A DNA stretch of 64,000 bases from a virus (IMGVR_UViG_3300037420_000246:3642-67641); one strand, 5' to 3'; positions 51,532 to 60,179 are shown, counted from the stretch's first letter. The notes: generated by a model not told the origin, from the sequence alone. Numbers and translations: made by a program.

Positions 51532-52653
51532 ATGAGAAACTTGCTTTTAAGTGCATCCGTTGCGGCTTGCCTTTTAGCCTGTGGTGCGCGTGATGCCGGA
51601 ATTACTACTGCCTCTAGCACGCCCGCAGTATATCTCACAGGTGCAACGCTGTTCAAGGCTGGTTATTCGTTGCCTGTAGGAGCGCAAAGCTTAACAACAG
51701 GTAGTGGCTTTCGGTATTCAGTTGGTGTCAATGCAGACACTGGCTATTACGTCCTGTGCGGGAAACGTGGTAATGCTGAAGAAAAATGCTTGCCAATCGT
51801 TCCTGTCAAACTGATGCAAGGAATTTCTGTTCGTGCAGATATAGCGCTAGATGGGGAATCGCCCGTTGTCTGGTTTGAACAAAGCGAAAACCTAACGCCC
51901 GATGCAAGCGCTCGTCAATCGTTCGCCATAGGCGTATTTAATGAGCGCTTTTGGGATGTGTTAGAGCAATTCAATAGCGCCAATGTGGCAATGCCTACGA
52001 ATGCTGCAATGCGAAGCGGTCGGGAATCACGCACTGCGCCCCAAAAAGACGACTCAGGAAGTTCCGGCGAATCTGCCGACCCTGCCTCTGGTAGAACGCC
52101 ATACATGCAAACGGTTGATGTCCCCGGCGAGCGACCTGATCCTGAATATCCGTCGCCATATGATCCGCTACCGCCTCCCGATCTTTCGCCAACAGATAAT
52201 CCCGGCTCTAGTGGCGGGGAGGACCCCGGCAATGCATATTCTGATGAAAACCGTTATGAACGAATGGCTGCAAACTGTTTGCCCGCACCGGGCCGTCCTG
52301 CTGCAATAGCGTGCGTGTATGTTCCCGGTAAGCGGCCTCCGCCAATAGACCCGCTCAACCCACCTACAACTGATGTCCCACCACCACCGGGAAGCCACCC
52401 TGAATACGACTGGTGCGGCCTGTTGGGGATCGGTTGCACCGTGGGAGGGCAGCGCCCACCTGATCCGTCTGAGGATATACGGCGTGCAATGTGCAATAGT
52501 CGCTATATCGTCAAAGGTGCAGTGTGCGTGTATAAGCGTCTGATTGGCGAGTTTAACGAAATTGACGAGCAAAAATGTTTGGACATGCAATATAACGCGC
52601 TCGGACAATGCCTGACGAAAGAAACACCATTACTCGCGCCAGCGAAGCAATAG
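51532..52653 (+). CDS. Lipoprotein, Pro-rich linker and Cys-rich C-terminal domain (candidate superinfection-exclusion/surface protein)
   Basis: Signal peptide with lipobox LLAC (MRNLLLSASVAACLLACGA); proline-rich middle; GC-rich gene. Confidence 0.6.
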   Translation: MRNLLLSASVAACLLACGARDAGITTASSTPAVYLTGATLFKAGYSLPVGAQSLTTGSGFRYSVGVNADTGYYVLCGKRGNAEEKCLPIVPVKLMQGISVRADIALDGESPVVWFEQSENLTPDASARQSFAIGVFNERFWDVLEQFNSANVAMPTNAAMRSGRESRTAPQKDDSGSSGESADPASGRTPYMQTVDVPGERPDPEYPSPYDPLPPPDLSPTDNPGSSGGEDPGNAYSDENRYERMAANCLPAPGRPAAIACVYVPGKRPPPIDPLNPPTTDVPPPPGSHPEYDWCGLLGIGCTVGGQRPPDPSEDIRRAMCNSRYIVKGAVCVYKRLIGEFNEIDEQKCLDMQYNALGQCLTKETPLLAPAKQ

Positions 52654-52663
52654 CTGCAAATAG

Positions 52664-52685
52664 AGGCCCGACATCGGGCCTTTTA
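52664..52685 (+). terminator. Rho-independent terminator
   Basis: AGGCCCG-ACAT-CGGGCCT followed by TTTT. Confidence 0.6.
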
Positions 52686-52751
52686 GTCGAACCATTTTAG
52701 GAGAAATTGTGATATGATTGGTAATAATTATTTGAAGAGCAGGGAGAGATT

Positions 52752-52991
52752 ATGCCAGTAAGCGCAGCACATTCCGCAGCAACAAGCCCTCATGCAATCG
52801 CCCTCAGAGGGGCTATAGGGGCTGCTCATGGCACAGGCGGCAGTAGTGCCTACACAGAGCAACCTGCACGAGTTAGCGAGCCTCCTGTTGAGAGGCTACC
52901 TGACGAGTTTGGATTTGCAGTTGTTGTAGCAATCGTGTTTTGTGTAATGTTCTTGATTTTTGTTTTGGCATTTTATGAGGAAGAAAGTTGA
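52752..52991 (+). CDS. Hypothetical protein with C-terminal TM anchor
   Basis: 79 aa; FAVVVAIVFCVMFLIFVLAF. Confidence 0.45.
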   Translation: MPVSAAHSAATSPHAIALRGAIGAAHGTGGSSAYTEQPARVSEPPVERLPDEFGFAVVVAIVFCVMFLIFVLAFYEEES

Positions 52992-52992
52992 C

Positions 52993-53166
52993 ATGGAATA
53001 CCACCAAATCAAAGAAGGAATGCAAGTACTCGACAAACTCCCTCAGTTTGGATATGGTGAAGTTGTTAAGGTGAACAAGACAACTGTGTGGGTGAAGTTT
53101 TATAACTACCGTGACAAGCTAATCATTTACGACTTGGACCATATTCAGTTTTTGGAGAGGGTGTAA
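52993..53166 (+). CDS. Hypothetical small protein (57 aa)
   Basis: ATG 52993 with SD GAGGAAG; track ORF 52960 begins inside upstream gene. Confidence 0.4.
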   Translation: MEYHQIKEGMQVLDKLPQFGYGEVVKVNKTTVWVKFYNYRDKLIIYDLDHIQFLERV

Positions 53167-53224
53167 AGTTCATTTCCAAACTGTATAAAATTCTAGGAAA
53201 TGAATCTGGATTCCTTTGCCGATA

Positions 53225-53254
53225 ATTTCAAACCTATGTGACCAACGAGGGGGC
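53225..53254 (+). repeat. Conserved 30-nt motif copy 2 (ATTTCAAACCTATGTGACCAACGAGGGGGC)
   Basis: 28/30 identical to 45498-45527; opens a second ~440-bp non-coding island. Confidence 0.6.
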
Positions 53255-53535
53255 ATGTGAATCCCCTGAAGCTGTCAGAGACAAGGCTTTTCTAGGGACA
53301 TGCAGCATTTGTAGAGGGGCTGGCGAGAGCAGCCCTTTTGTTTGCCTGTAAAGCTGCGGATAGAATGCATGTTTGCTCTGGCTAGGGCTTATCGGCAGGC
53401 TTTACAGGGATTGTCTGTAGCTCCGATGTGTCTAGTATGAGGCAGGAGGGAGGCTTACGAACGGCAGGAACACTAATAAAAACAACGAGATAAGTGTTAT
53501 ATACAACTATTTTCTAACTTTCTTGCTACTTTCTC

Positions 53536-53564
53536 TTGACTCTGCCTGTTAGCTGGCCTAAGAT
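53536..53564 (+). promoter_or_regulatory. Promoter TTCTCTTGACTC-N17-TAAGAT
   Basis: TTGACT 53536-53541, 17-nt spacer, TAAGAT 53559-53564; 40 nt upstream of gene 53604. Confidence 0.45.
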
Positions 53565-53603
53565 GGACACATCAAACATACATTCTTACGGAGGGATGCA
53601 AGC

Positions 53604-53936
53604 ATGACACACAAGGAATTTCAAGCAATCTTGCAGCGTGCTATTTCATCCGGTGCCATCCACCATGCGGCGCAATTGATGAACACTGGTAATTTTAAAA
53701 AGCTTGAGGGCATCACCGTCGGAAACATGGGTGACATCACATATGCGAATCCGGACAAGCTGAACATTCGCGCACATGCTAGCAAGAAAGCTCGCATCAC
53801 TCACAAATTTGTATTGTTCTACACCTACCAAGGGCAACACAAAGTAATCTCGGCTGGCAGTCTTGAAAGCATTGCCGGATATGTCGAATATAGAGAGCGT
53901 ATCTATGCATTCGAAACAGAAACCTTTGGGGTCTAA
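53604..53936 (+). CDS. Hypothetical protein
   Basis: 110 aa; SD GGAGGG. Confidence 0.55.
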   Translation: MTHKEFQAILQRAISSGAIHHAAQLMNTGNFKKLEGITVGNMGDITYANPDKLNIRAHASKKARITHKFVLFYTYQGQHKVISAGSLESIAGYVEYRERIYAFETETFGV

Positions 53937-53937
53937 C

Positions 53938-54135
53938 ATGAAAGATTGGATTCTTCGTTGGACTAACCTCTCTGGTGACACGTTCGAAGGCTCTTACACA
54001 GAGCATGAAGCTAAAATTTTGTTTGACTACTATCAGGAAACGAATCAGCAAGTAGAGCTTGTGCCTCCGACTGGTAATTGGTACACTGTCTATAATCGCA
54101 CGCTCAATAGAATTTTTGATTGCTGGAAAAACTAA
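53938..54135 (+). CDS. Hypothetical protein
   Basis: ATG 53938; 65 aa; in-frame shorter form of track ORF 53863. Confidence 0.45.
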   Translation: MKDWILRWTNLSGDTFEGSYTEHEAKILFDYYQETNQQVELVPPTGNWYTVYNRTLNRIFDCWKN

Positions 54136-54147
54136 CAGGAGCAACAA

Positions 54148-54405
54148 ATGAGCCATAAAACTTGGACGTTCTTTCCTCTCTCTGCTACACGTTACAGCGA
54201 ACCGGCAGAGCATGACAAAGTAACTGGAGAGAAAATCTCCGATGCTTGCGCGCTGTACTACGGAAAGCAACCGGGCGTAGGCTGGCGCTTTGTTGTGTTG
54301 TGCGACGGTACATACTCGCAAGTTGGCGCTACATACGCAACAAAAGATGAATTGCTGGCAGATTTGCCGCGATACGCTGCCACTTGGTCTAAAAATTGGA
54401 GGTAA
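54148..54405 (+). CDS. Hypothetical protein
   Basis: 85 aa ORF. Confidence 0.55.
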   Translation: MSHKTWTFFPLSATRYSEPAEHDKVTGEKISDACALYYGKQPGVGWRFVVLCDGTYSQVGATYATKDELLADLPRYAATWSKNWR

Positions 54406-54407
54406 AC

Positions 54408-54521
54408 ATGAACCACATCACGCGCGCTGCATACAGAGCTTGGAAAGAGAGCCTCACGTCTGTTCCTTTTGATGAGTATTTGGAATATAATAAACGTGCC
54501 GGTCGCTATTGGGGAGCATAA
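54408..54521 (+). CDS. Hypothetical small protein (37 aa)
   Basis: Not in track; SD GGAGG. Confidence 0.3.
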   Translation: MNHITRAAYRAWKESLTSVPFDEYLEYNKRAGRYWGA

Positions 54522-54522
54522 A

Positions 54523-54738
54523 ATGAGCAAACACACTTTCATAGGTAAATTCGGAACACAATATGTCACAGATCGCTTTATGGCTGGCCCTGCCCTACAT
54601 GCTGGCTACTGGTGGAACGATGAGGCTCCGCTAGGTGCAGGCTTTAGCGTATGGCGTGAAGTGGTGCGACCACACAACACAGACGGAAAACTGTTCGGGT
54701 ATGATGAGCAGGAATTCATGGCGAAGCAATACAAATAA
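54523..54738 (+). CDS. Hypothetical Trp-rich protein
   Basis: ATG 54523, 71 aa. Confidence 0.5.
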   Translation: MSKHTFIGKFGTQYVTDRFMAGPALHAGYWWNDEAPLGAGFSVWREVVRPHNTDGKLFGYDEQEFMAKQYK

Positions 54739-54746
54739 GGCACATC

Positions 54747-55004
54747 ATGGCTAAACTCACTGCCGCGCAAGTGCGCTCAATTGAAACTGTTCTGTACCAT
54801 CTTGAGCGCGCGAACAAATACCTTCTTTCGGAAAATGTTGTATTGGCTATCCGCAACGATCGGGCGACGACTACGCTTGATTATTCCAACGTTGTAGGAA
54901 AGGCTTTGACGCCTGTAGACAAAGAGATTGGATCGGATATTGCTGGCTTAAGCATGGGGATTGAGTATCTAAAAAACTACCTAGCGTTTAACGCTAAACA
55001 ATGA
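54747..55004 (+). CDS. Hypothetical protein
   Basis: 85 aa ORF followed by terminator. Confidence 0.55.
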   Translation: MAKLTAAQVRSIETVLYHLERANKYLLSENVVLAIRNDRATTTLDYSNVVGKALTPVDKEIGSDIAGLSMGIEYLKNYLAFNAKQ

Positions 55005-55007
55005 CAC

Positions 55008-55033
55008 AGCCGCCTTCGGGCGGCTTTTCTTTT
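55008..55033 (+). terminator. Rho-independent terminator
   Basis: AGCCGCC-TTCG-GGCGGCT followed by TTTTCTTTT. Confidence 0.65.
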
Positions 55034-55182
55034 GTCTGCATTCTTACAAACCTTTCGCGCAGGGTTGGATTAGTCAAACCGTAGGTTAGCCGTGTTCCGC
55101 TCTTCGTCTGATACAAGTACAGCATATCCTACTCCGCCAACAAACGCAAGCATTATTTTCACAAGATTGTATAAAATTCTTC

Positions 55183-55210
55183 TTGATTGTTCCGTATCTT
55201 AGTCTAAGCT
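55183..55210 (+). promoter_or_regulatory. Early promoter TTGATT-N16-TAAGCT with shared GTTCCGTATCTTA spacer and CACACAACGGAG 5'UTR
   Basis: Preceded by TATAAAATTCTT box; spacer shared with 58335 promoter; UTR shared with 58390 and 61815. Confidence 0.4.
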
Positions 55211-55237
55211 ATAGAGACACACAACGGAGACGCCATC

Positions 55238-55444
55238 ATGACCAAGCAACAATCCTACCTTGCACAGAACAGCATAGATCGTGCTGAAGGCTACAGCGCA
55301 TGCGTTGCCTGTATAGCTGCTAACGGACTGGCAATAGCTCGTGCAATGCTTCGTGCTGAAGGAGTCAGAGAGCGGCATACGTTCGGTTATTGGTGCGGCT
55401 GGCTCCACGCTTGTGCGTGTTGCGTAGGTGCTACATCGAAATAA
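55238..55444 (+). CDS. Hypothetical Cys-rich protein
   Basis: 68 aa; CVAC...CGWLHACACC. Confidence 0.5.
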   Translation: MTKQQSYLAQNSIDRAEGYSACVACIAANGLAIARAMLRAEGVRERHTFGYWCGWLHACACCVGATSK

Positions 55445-55449
55445 AATTC

Positions 55450-55477
55450 TTGACAGAGTCTGTTAGTGTGCTATGCT
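55450..55477 (+). promoter_or_regulatory. Early promoter TTGACA-N16-TATGCT
   Basis: Preceded by AATAAAATTCT box right after stop codon. Confidence 0.4.
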
Positions 55478-55509
55478 GTGTTGCATAACAATTTTATGAG
55501 GAGCCTAAC

Positions 55510-55608
55510 ATGTCCCGCTACATTCCAGCCGTGTTTTACGTTTCCGTGTTTGTTGGGCTGTGCTATGCTTTTGCGTATGCCTGTGATACACAGCAATTCA
55601 TCGTCTAA
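55510..55608 (+). CDS. Small membrane peptide (32 aa)
   Basis: Not in track; SD GAGGAG; one TM. Confidence 0.3.
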   Translation: MSRYIPAVFYVSVFVGLCYAFAYACDTQQFIV

Positions 55609-55628
55609 TATTTAAAGGAATACACAAA

Positions 55629-55826
55629 ATGGCAACCTCTCATATTGACTTTACTTGGCAAACACCGGAATCTTCAGATGATGTGTTGTTCTCGCTAGAG
55701 CAGGCACTACTGCAAGCTATCCCGCACATTGGCGGAATGAATGTCAATCCTGCATGGGAAGCTAAGTATTCTCATCAAAAGATGCGTGTAACACTGACTG
55801 TTGAAATTATCGAAGATTTTAAATAA
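55629..55826 (+). CDS. Hypothetical protein
   Basis: 65 aa ORF. Confidence 0.5.
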   Translation: MATSHIDFTWQTPESSDDVLFSLEQALLQAIPHIGGMNVNPAWEAKYSHQKMRVTLTVEIIEDFK

Positions 55827-55839
55827 AGAGGGTGACAAA

Positions 55840-56067
55840 ATGAAAAACCTTCGTCATTTCACTGTCACGGCTGATCGTGCAACAGGTGAGTGGCTAGGCG
55901 TGCCACACTTTACAGGCCGCTACGTAGACGCGGAGAAATGGGTGAGGGGCTGCACATGGTCAAAGTATTATGACACGTTTGAGCGTCCTTTACCGTCTGA
56001 CACAACTCTTGACCGTGATGGAGTTGGAACGGAAACCTGTGCAATCACGGTCGTATGGCAAGACTAA
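55840..56067 (+). CDS. Hypothetical protein
   Basis: ATG 55840 (SD AGAGGGTG); 75 aa. Confidence 0.5.
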   Translation: MKNLRHFTVTADRATGEWLGVPHFTGRYVDAEKWVRGCTWSKYYDTFERPLPSDTTLDRDGVGTETCAITVVWQD

Positions 56068-56178
56068 GGCAGCTTGTATATAACACTTCTTTACTAAAAT
56101 CTCTTGCAAATTGTAGATAAGCCTGTTACGATGTGCTCATGTTCAACGAAACGCCCTACAGGGCAGAGAAAGAAATCC

Positions 56179-56493
56179 ATGCAAGCATTCAACATCAAAC
56201 GCGGTAGGAAAATCATTGACACTGTATTTTACAATGACTCTCCGAAAGAGTCGGCAGCAGATGTCGAGAAAGCTTTAAAGGCTCGCGGAGAAATGCCGGA
56301 TGATTGCACGGTGACAAAAGTAAGGCGCAAGCTGAAGGATGAATTTGAGATTCAAGGTAATTACGGACATGGCTGGGATGTTGAATGCACCGAAGAAACC
56401 CGCAAGGAAGCTAATCAGCGGCTGAAGGAATACCGCGAGAATGCGGGAACTATTGGGCAGCATCGCATTGTGCATCGTCGGGTTCCGGTTTAA
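56179..56493 (+). CDS. Hypothetical protein
   Basis: ATG 56179 in frame with track ORF 56104; 104 aa. Confidence 0.5.
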   Translation: MQAFNIKRGRKIIDTVFYNDSPKESAADVEKALKARGEMPDDCTVTKVRRKLKDEFEIQGNYGHGWDVECTEETRKEANQRLKEYRENAGTIGQHRIVHRRVPV

Positions 56494-56516
56494 CTAGCTC
56501 AAAAGGACAAAACAAA

Positions 56517-56726
56517 ATGGGCACTAACCATAAAGATTTAGCGAAGAGAACTGCAACGTACCTTCAAAAATTGCAGCAATACCAAGAATTGCAAGGGCTG
56601 TGCGCTCATCCTAGGTTTAATGTTGACAGAGACGTTGCTTTGTACGCACAGAAACAAAGTTTAGACAAATGGCTAAAGGAAGAGGCGGAAGACCTTTGGG
56701 CATTAGGTGTGAACGTCTATAAGTAA
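56517..56726 (+). CDS. Hypothetical protein
   Basis: 69 aa; preceded by AAAGGACAAAACAAAATG cassette. Confidence 0.5.
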   Translation: MGTNHKDLAKRTATYLQKLQQYQELQGLCAHPRFNVDRDVALYAQKQSLDKWLKEEAEDLWALGVNVYK

Positions 56727-56746
56727 TTATCAAAGGACAAAACAAA

Positions 56747-56962
56747 ATGACAACCTACAAAAACCCTTGGCACAAACGGTTTGAACCTATGTACGGACCA
56801 GCAGAATACATCACAAACGTTCAACCGGAGGAATACAAAGGTTTTCTGATCTATGAGCGTATCGACGAGGCTGTGTGGGACGTTGTGAAAGATGGTGCAT
56901 GTGTCACACAACGGGCAGGAATCAACGGTGCAAAACGGTATATTGATGAGGTAGCAGAATGA
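56747..56962 (+). CDS. Hypothetical protein
   Basis: 71 aa; preceded by second copy of AAAGGACAAAACAAAATG cassette. Confidence 0.5.
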   Translation: MTTYKNPWHKRFEPMYGPAEYITNVQPEEYKGFLIYERIDEAVWDVVKDGACVTQRAGINGAKRYIDEVAE

Positions 56963-57126
56963 ATACTTACGAAATCAAATTTCACGGACGGACTAAAAAC
57001 GCCATCGGCATTACATACTGGATAACAGATACGGTGGAAGTCGAAGACGAGAAAGCGGCAATTCTGAAGCTTTACGATAAATACGAGCATATCAGCCGCC
57101 CTGTTGTCAAACTCTTGAGTAAATGA
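56959..57126 (+). CDS. Hypothetical small protein (55 aa)
   Basis: Not in track; ATGA overlap. Confidence 0.35.
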   Translation: MNTYEIKFHGRTKNAIGITYWITDTVEVEDEKAAILKLYDKYEHISRPVVKLLSK

Positions 57127-57127
57127 A

Positions 57128-57295
57128 ATGAACATAGGCGACTACACAACACTTGTCAATCTTGTCCTTTCCGAACAGAAACAGCCGTTCCTGCTCAATG
57201 CTGACGAAAAGGAAGTCGTTAAGCGCTGCTACAAGAACGGCTTCACTGTGGCGGAATGTGTCCATGTAATTGTTCTTAGCAGGGTGGGAGACTGA
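57128..57295 (+). CDS. Hypothetical small protein (55 aa)
   Basis: Not in track. Confidence 0.35.
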   Translation: MNIGDYTTLVNLVLSEQKQPFLLNADEKEVVKRCYKNGFTVAECVHVIVLSRVGD

Positions 57296-57297
57296 TC

Positions 57298-57486
57298 GTG
57301 GCTGATGTAACAATGTGCCCCGGTGCAAATAACAATAAGAATTGCCCGATGAAAGACAATTGCTACAGGTACACGGCTAAGCCTGCTCCGCTGATGCAAA
57401 GCTGGTTTATCGTTATGCCTCTGGTGACAGTGGGGCTCACTGACAGATGCAATCATCATCTGCCATTGGAAAGGGTGAGGAAATGA
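57298..57486 (+). CDS. Hypothetical Cys-rich protein
   Basis: 62 aa; GTG start (ATG at 57313 in frame). Confidence 0.45.
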   Translation: MADVTMCPGANNNKNCPMKDNCYRYTAKPAPLMQSWFIVMPLVTVGLTDRCNHHLPLERVRK

Positions 57487-57710
57487 TGGATCAATTAGAG
57501 AAATTGGACGATGAAGCAATAGACGATCTTCGCCAACTTGAAAAAGAAATGTTCATGCAAGGTGACAGTAGGTCAAATGTTCTTCGGCGTGTGCTAGATT
57601 TACTCTGGATTAAAGAGATTATAGACGATGAATATGAACCGCCGAAGACTCGGTCTGATCCTGTTTTGAAAAAGGTTAAGTCTAATAAAAACCTGCAAGG
57701 GGTAAGATAA
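57483..57710 (+). CDS. Hypothetical acidic protein
   Basis: ATGATG at 57483 overlapping upstream stop. Confidence 0.5.
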   Translation: MMDQLEKLDDEAIDDLRQLEKEMFMQGDSRSNVLRRVLDLLWIKEIIDDEYEPPKTRSDPVLKKVKSNKNLQGVR

Positions 57711-58030
57711 TGAGCCGATACACAGAGGCACAGCTACACGAAATGATTGATCAAATTAACAGGCTGACATGCGCGCCAGACACAATGACTGTGCCAGTGC
57801 GAGAAGGTGTGCGGGTAGTATTCAATGTAGGCCACTACTACATGAAACGCAGTAGGAATGGATACATTCTATATAGGATTACTTCTGACGATGGCGAGTG
57901 TTCGGATGTGTTCGGCCAAGGGTGGATGACTAAGCCTGAGTTAGGGGCTATCCTACAAGCGTATGCGCTAGGGCTGGAGGAGGCCAGACGGTGTGTTGTC
58001 AAGCACAATCAAGCGATGGCGTGGGCGTAA
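57710..58030 (+). CDS. Hypothetical protein
   Basis: 106 aa ORF. Confidence 0.55.
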   Translation: MSRYTEAQLHEMIDQINRLTCAPDTMTVPVREGVRVVFNVGHYYMKRSRNGYILYRITSDDGECSDVFGQGWMTKPELGAILQAYALGLEEARRCVVKHNQAMAWA

Positions 58031-58033
58031 TGT

Positions 58034-58282
58034 ATGGGAAATTATAGCAAAACACGAACAGGCTCATTCAATGACAATCTAGCACGACTAGAGGTTGGCG
58101 AATACCTTTGGATTGAGACGACAGTCGAGGAGTATGCATCCGTACAGCGCAGAGTTACGGCTAGGTCTAGGTTTCCTGAGACAATGCAACACATGCGGTT
58201 TTTCTCTCAAGGGTTCACATGTATAAGCAATAGCAAGGTTGGAGACATACGAATAGCCGTCAGAATAGAACGTGTAGCATAA
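58034..58282 (+). CDS. Hypothetical protein
   Basis: 82 aa ORF. Confidence 0.5.
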   Translation: MGNYSKTRTGSFNDNLARLEVGEYLWIETTVEEYASVQRRVTARSRFPETMQHMRFFSQGFTCISNSKVGDIRIAVRIERVA

Positions 58283-58334
58283 GAGCAACATTAACGTTGT
58301 AAACGTGCCACACAATAAAAAGATTAAGAATCGC

Positions 58335-58363
58335 TTGCAATGTTCCGTATCTTACGGTATGCT
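58335..58363 (+). promoter_or_regulatory. Early promoter TTGCAA-N17-TATGCT + TCTGTACATGG downstream box
   Basis: Part of ~90-bp promoter/5'UTR cassette duplicated at 61745-61837. Confidence 0.45.
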
Positions 58364-58412
58364 TCTGTACATGGGCTGACGGCAAGCCTACAACACAACA
58401 CAGGAGCATCCA

Positions 58413-58616
58413 ATGAGCTACTACTCGCCAGAACTGAAGGCACAAGCAGAAGAAATAATAGAAAAGTGCTGGGATTACCATCCAGACGCAAAGCTTCCAG
58501 ATGGCTTGATTCTGGCAGCATATGAGGATGGGATTTGGGTGTGCGATACAATGGGAGAGTGTGATATGTTCAAATTCAAAAAGCTTGGGCAAATCACTTC
58601 GGAAACTTGGGCATAA
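58413..58616 (+). CDS. Hypothetical protein
   Basis: 67 aa; SD CAGGAG. Confidence 0.55.
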   Translation: MSYYSPELKAQAEEIIEKCWDYHPDAKLPDGLILAAYEDGIWVCDTMGECDMFKFKKLGQITSETWA

Positions 58617-58617
58617 C

Positions 58618-58746
58618 ATGCGAACAATAACAACATTTCTCCTGCTCAGCTTTCTCTCCTTCTGCCTTTGGGGAGCAGTGCATACGGATGAGGCTGGGAG
58701 CACAATAGAGAAGGCTTGGCAGGGAATAATACGGAAGATCAAATGA
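58618..58746 (+). CDS. Small membrane protein (42 aa)
   Basis: ATG 58618; TM FLLLSFLSFCLWGAV. Confidence 0.35.
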   Translation: MRTITTFLLLSFLSFCLWGAVHTDEAGSTIEKAWQGIIRKIK

Positions 58747-58955
58747 AACATAAAGACATCCTCCCCGGCGACCGGGTCACCTACCTTGACATCATCCACG
58801 CAACTGTCATGCACTCAAGCGCCAATGGTGTAGTGATTACATATTGGGGCAGAGGGAAACGCATGGGAGAGCAGATTCAGGAGAGAGTTAGCGCCAGATG
58901 GCTGGAAAAGGGCTGGAAAGCTATTGATGAATTTGAAAAGGGAGTGGCGAAATGA
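58743..58955 (+). CDS. Hypothetical protein
   Basis: ATG 58743 (ATGA overlap), 70 aa. Confidence 0.5.
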   Translation: MKHKDILPGDRVTYLDIIHATVMHSSANGVVITYWGRGKRMGEQIQERVSARWLEKGWKAIDEFEKGVAK

Positions 58956-59260
58956 GCACGTTCAATAAGCATACGCCGGGTCCGTTCCTCGTTGAAGGAA
59001 CCACAGTTTATGCCTTGGAATTCGATAGCTGGAGAGGTGGAAAGGAACTAATGCGCAATCGTATCTATGCCAATGTTCAAGGGTATAGGGACACTCCTAA
59101 AGAAGAGCTTGAAGCCGTCGCAACCCTGTTTGCAGCAGCGCCAGAGCTTTTGGAGGCTTTGGAAAAGCTTATTGATGCAGTTTCCAGAAACTCTCTCAGC
59201 GATGTTATATTGTGCAAGCACAGGGCGGTTGATCTTATTGCCAAAGTGACAGGAGAATAA
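58952..59260 (+). CDS. Hypothetical protein
   Basis: 102 aa ORF. Confidence 0.55.
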   Translation: MSTFNKHTPGPFLVEGTTVYALEFDSWRGGKELMRNRIYANVQGYRDTPKEELEAVATLFAAAPELLEALEKLIDAVSRNSLSDVILCKHRAVDLIAKVTGE

Positions 59261-59261
59261 T

Positions 59262-59465
59262 ATGACGCTCTCAGCAGACGCACGGTTTTACATGGAGAAA
59301 CGCGAAGAGATTTCTTTCAAAGAGCGTACATTAGTTGATAACATCATGGTTGAGCTTTTCGATGAAGCAATGCGGGCAGGGATTCCCGCAGCTAAGGACG
59401 ACAGAGCGGCAGAATTGGAAGCAGCAATCATCCGTTTCATTATTGAGAGCAGGGAGAAAGCATAA
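59262..59465 (+). CDS. Hypothetical protein
   Basis: 67 aa ORF. Confidence 0.5.
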   Translation: MTLSADARFYMEKREEISFKERTLVDNIMVELFDEAMRAGIPAAKDDRAAELEAAIIRFIIESREKA

Positions 59466-59743
59466 TGCCAGATGTTTATGAGCACATAATGATCAGTATT
59501 TATCAGTTTGCTGTGAATAACGTAAGAGAGTATATTCGGGGCGAAGAGAATCAGAAGGCTCTTGCACAAATGGACAAGAGCATGAACGCTTTTGATACTG
59601 CTCAAGTGCTGGCTGTGGCATTCATGAAGAGGCAAGAGGATGTGTTGGCGGATTTGATTGGCATCACTTCCGGCGCAGACAGGCAGCGACGCCAAATTGA
59701 CGAAGTGGCAAAGAAAATAACAGCACAGAGAGAGAAAGCATAA
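59465..59743 (+). CDS. Hypothetical protein
   Basis: 92 aa ORF. Confidence 0.55.
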   Translation: MPDVYEHIMISIYQFAVNNVREYIRGEENQKALAQMDKSMNAFDTAQVLAVAFMKRQEDVLADLIGITSGADRQRRQIDEVAKKITAQREKA

Positions 59744-60168
59744 TGTCTAATAAGTCCATTCGTCAATTCCTTGCTGATTTCGATGCAGGGAAGTTTGAAG
59801 ATAGATCAAGAGAAACACAGATTGAGGCTGGCTGGTATGACTGGTTTTGTGACGACAACGAGTTAGTTGTCAAAACAACGGAACTGGCAGGCAAGCTAAA
59901 AGAGATTATCAACTCTCCGAAGATTGACCAAGACAAGCATTATGTGTTCTTTAAAAACAATTGCCCGCTTGATGGAGATTTGTATGATGATTTCCGCATT
60001 TGTGACATTGAAAGCGGGAATGTCATCTACACAGTGGTTCCTGCAAGCGGGTACACTAAAAAGAAAAACTTTGCTGAAGTGTGGGGACAGGAGAATGGAT
60101 TCAATGAACCGCTAGCAGAGGGAAGCTGGCAGGATGTGTTAGAGTGGTTCAAGCCTAAAACGCACTAG
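59743..60168 (+). CDS. Hypothetical protein
   Basis: 141 aa ORF. Confidence 0.55.
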   Translation: MSNKSIRQFLADFDAGKFEDRSRETQIEAGWYDWFCDDNELVVKTTELAGKLKEIINSPKIDQDKHYVFFKNNCPLDGDLYDDFRICDIESGNVIYTVVPASGYTKKKNFAEVWGQENGFNEPLAEGSWQDVLEWFKPKTH

Positions 60169-60179
60169 AACGCCCCACA

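Noticed and set aside
49758-52608. Clusters of overlapping ORFs in all frames (49758..49964, 49822..50106, 49832..50035, 49866..50075, 51915..52232, 51983..52309, 52168..52608, 52254..52496)
   Set aside because: Located in the GC-rich islands where stop codons are rare. They overlap the SD-preceded genes 49616..50194 and 51532..52653 and lack their own translation signals.
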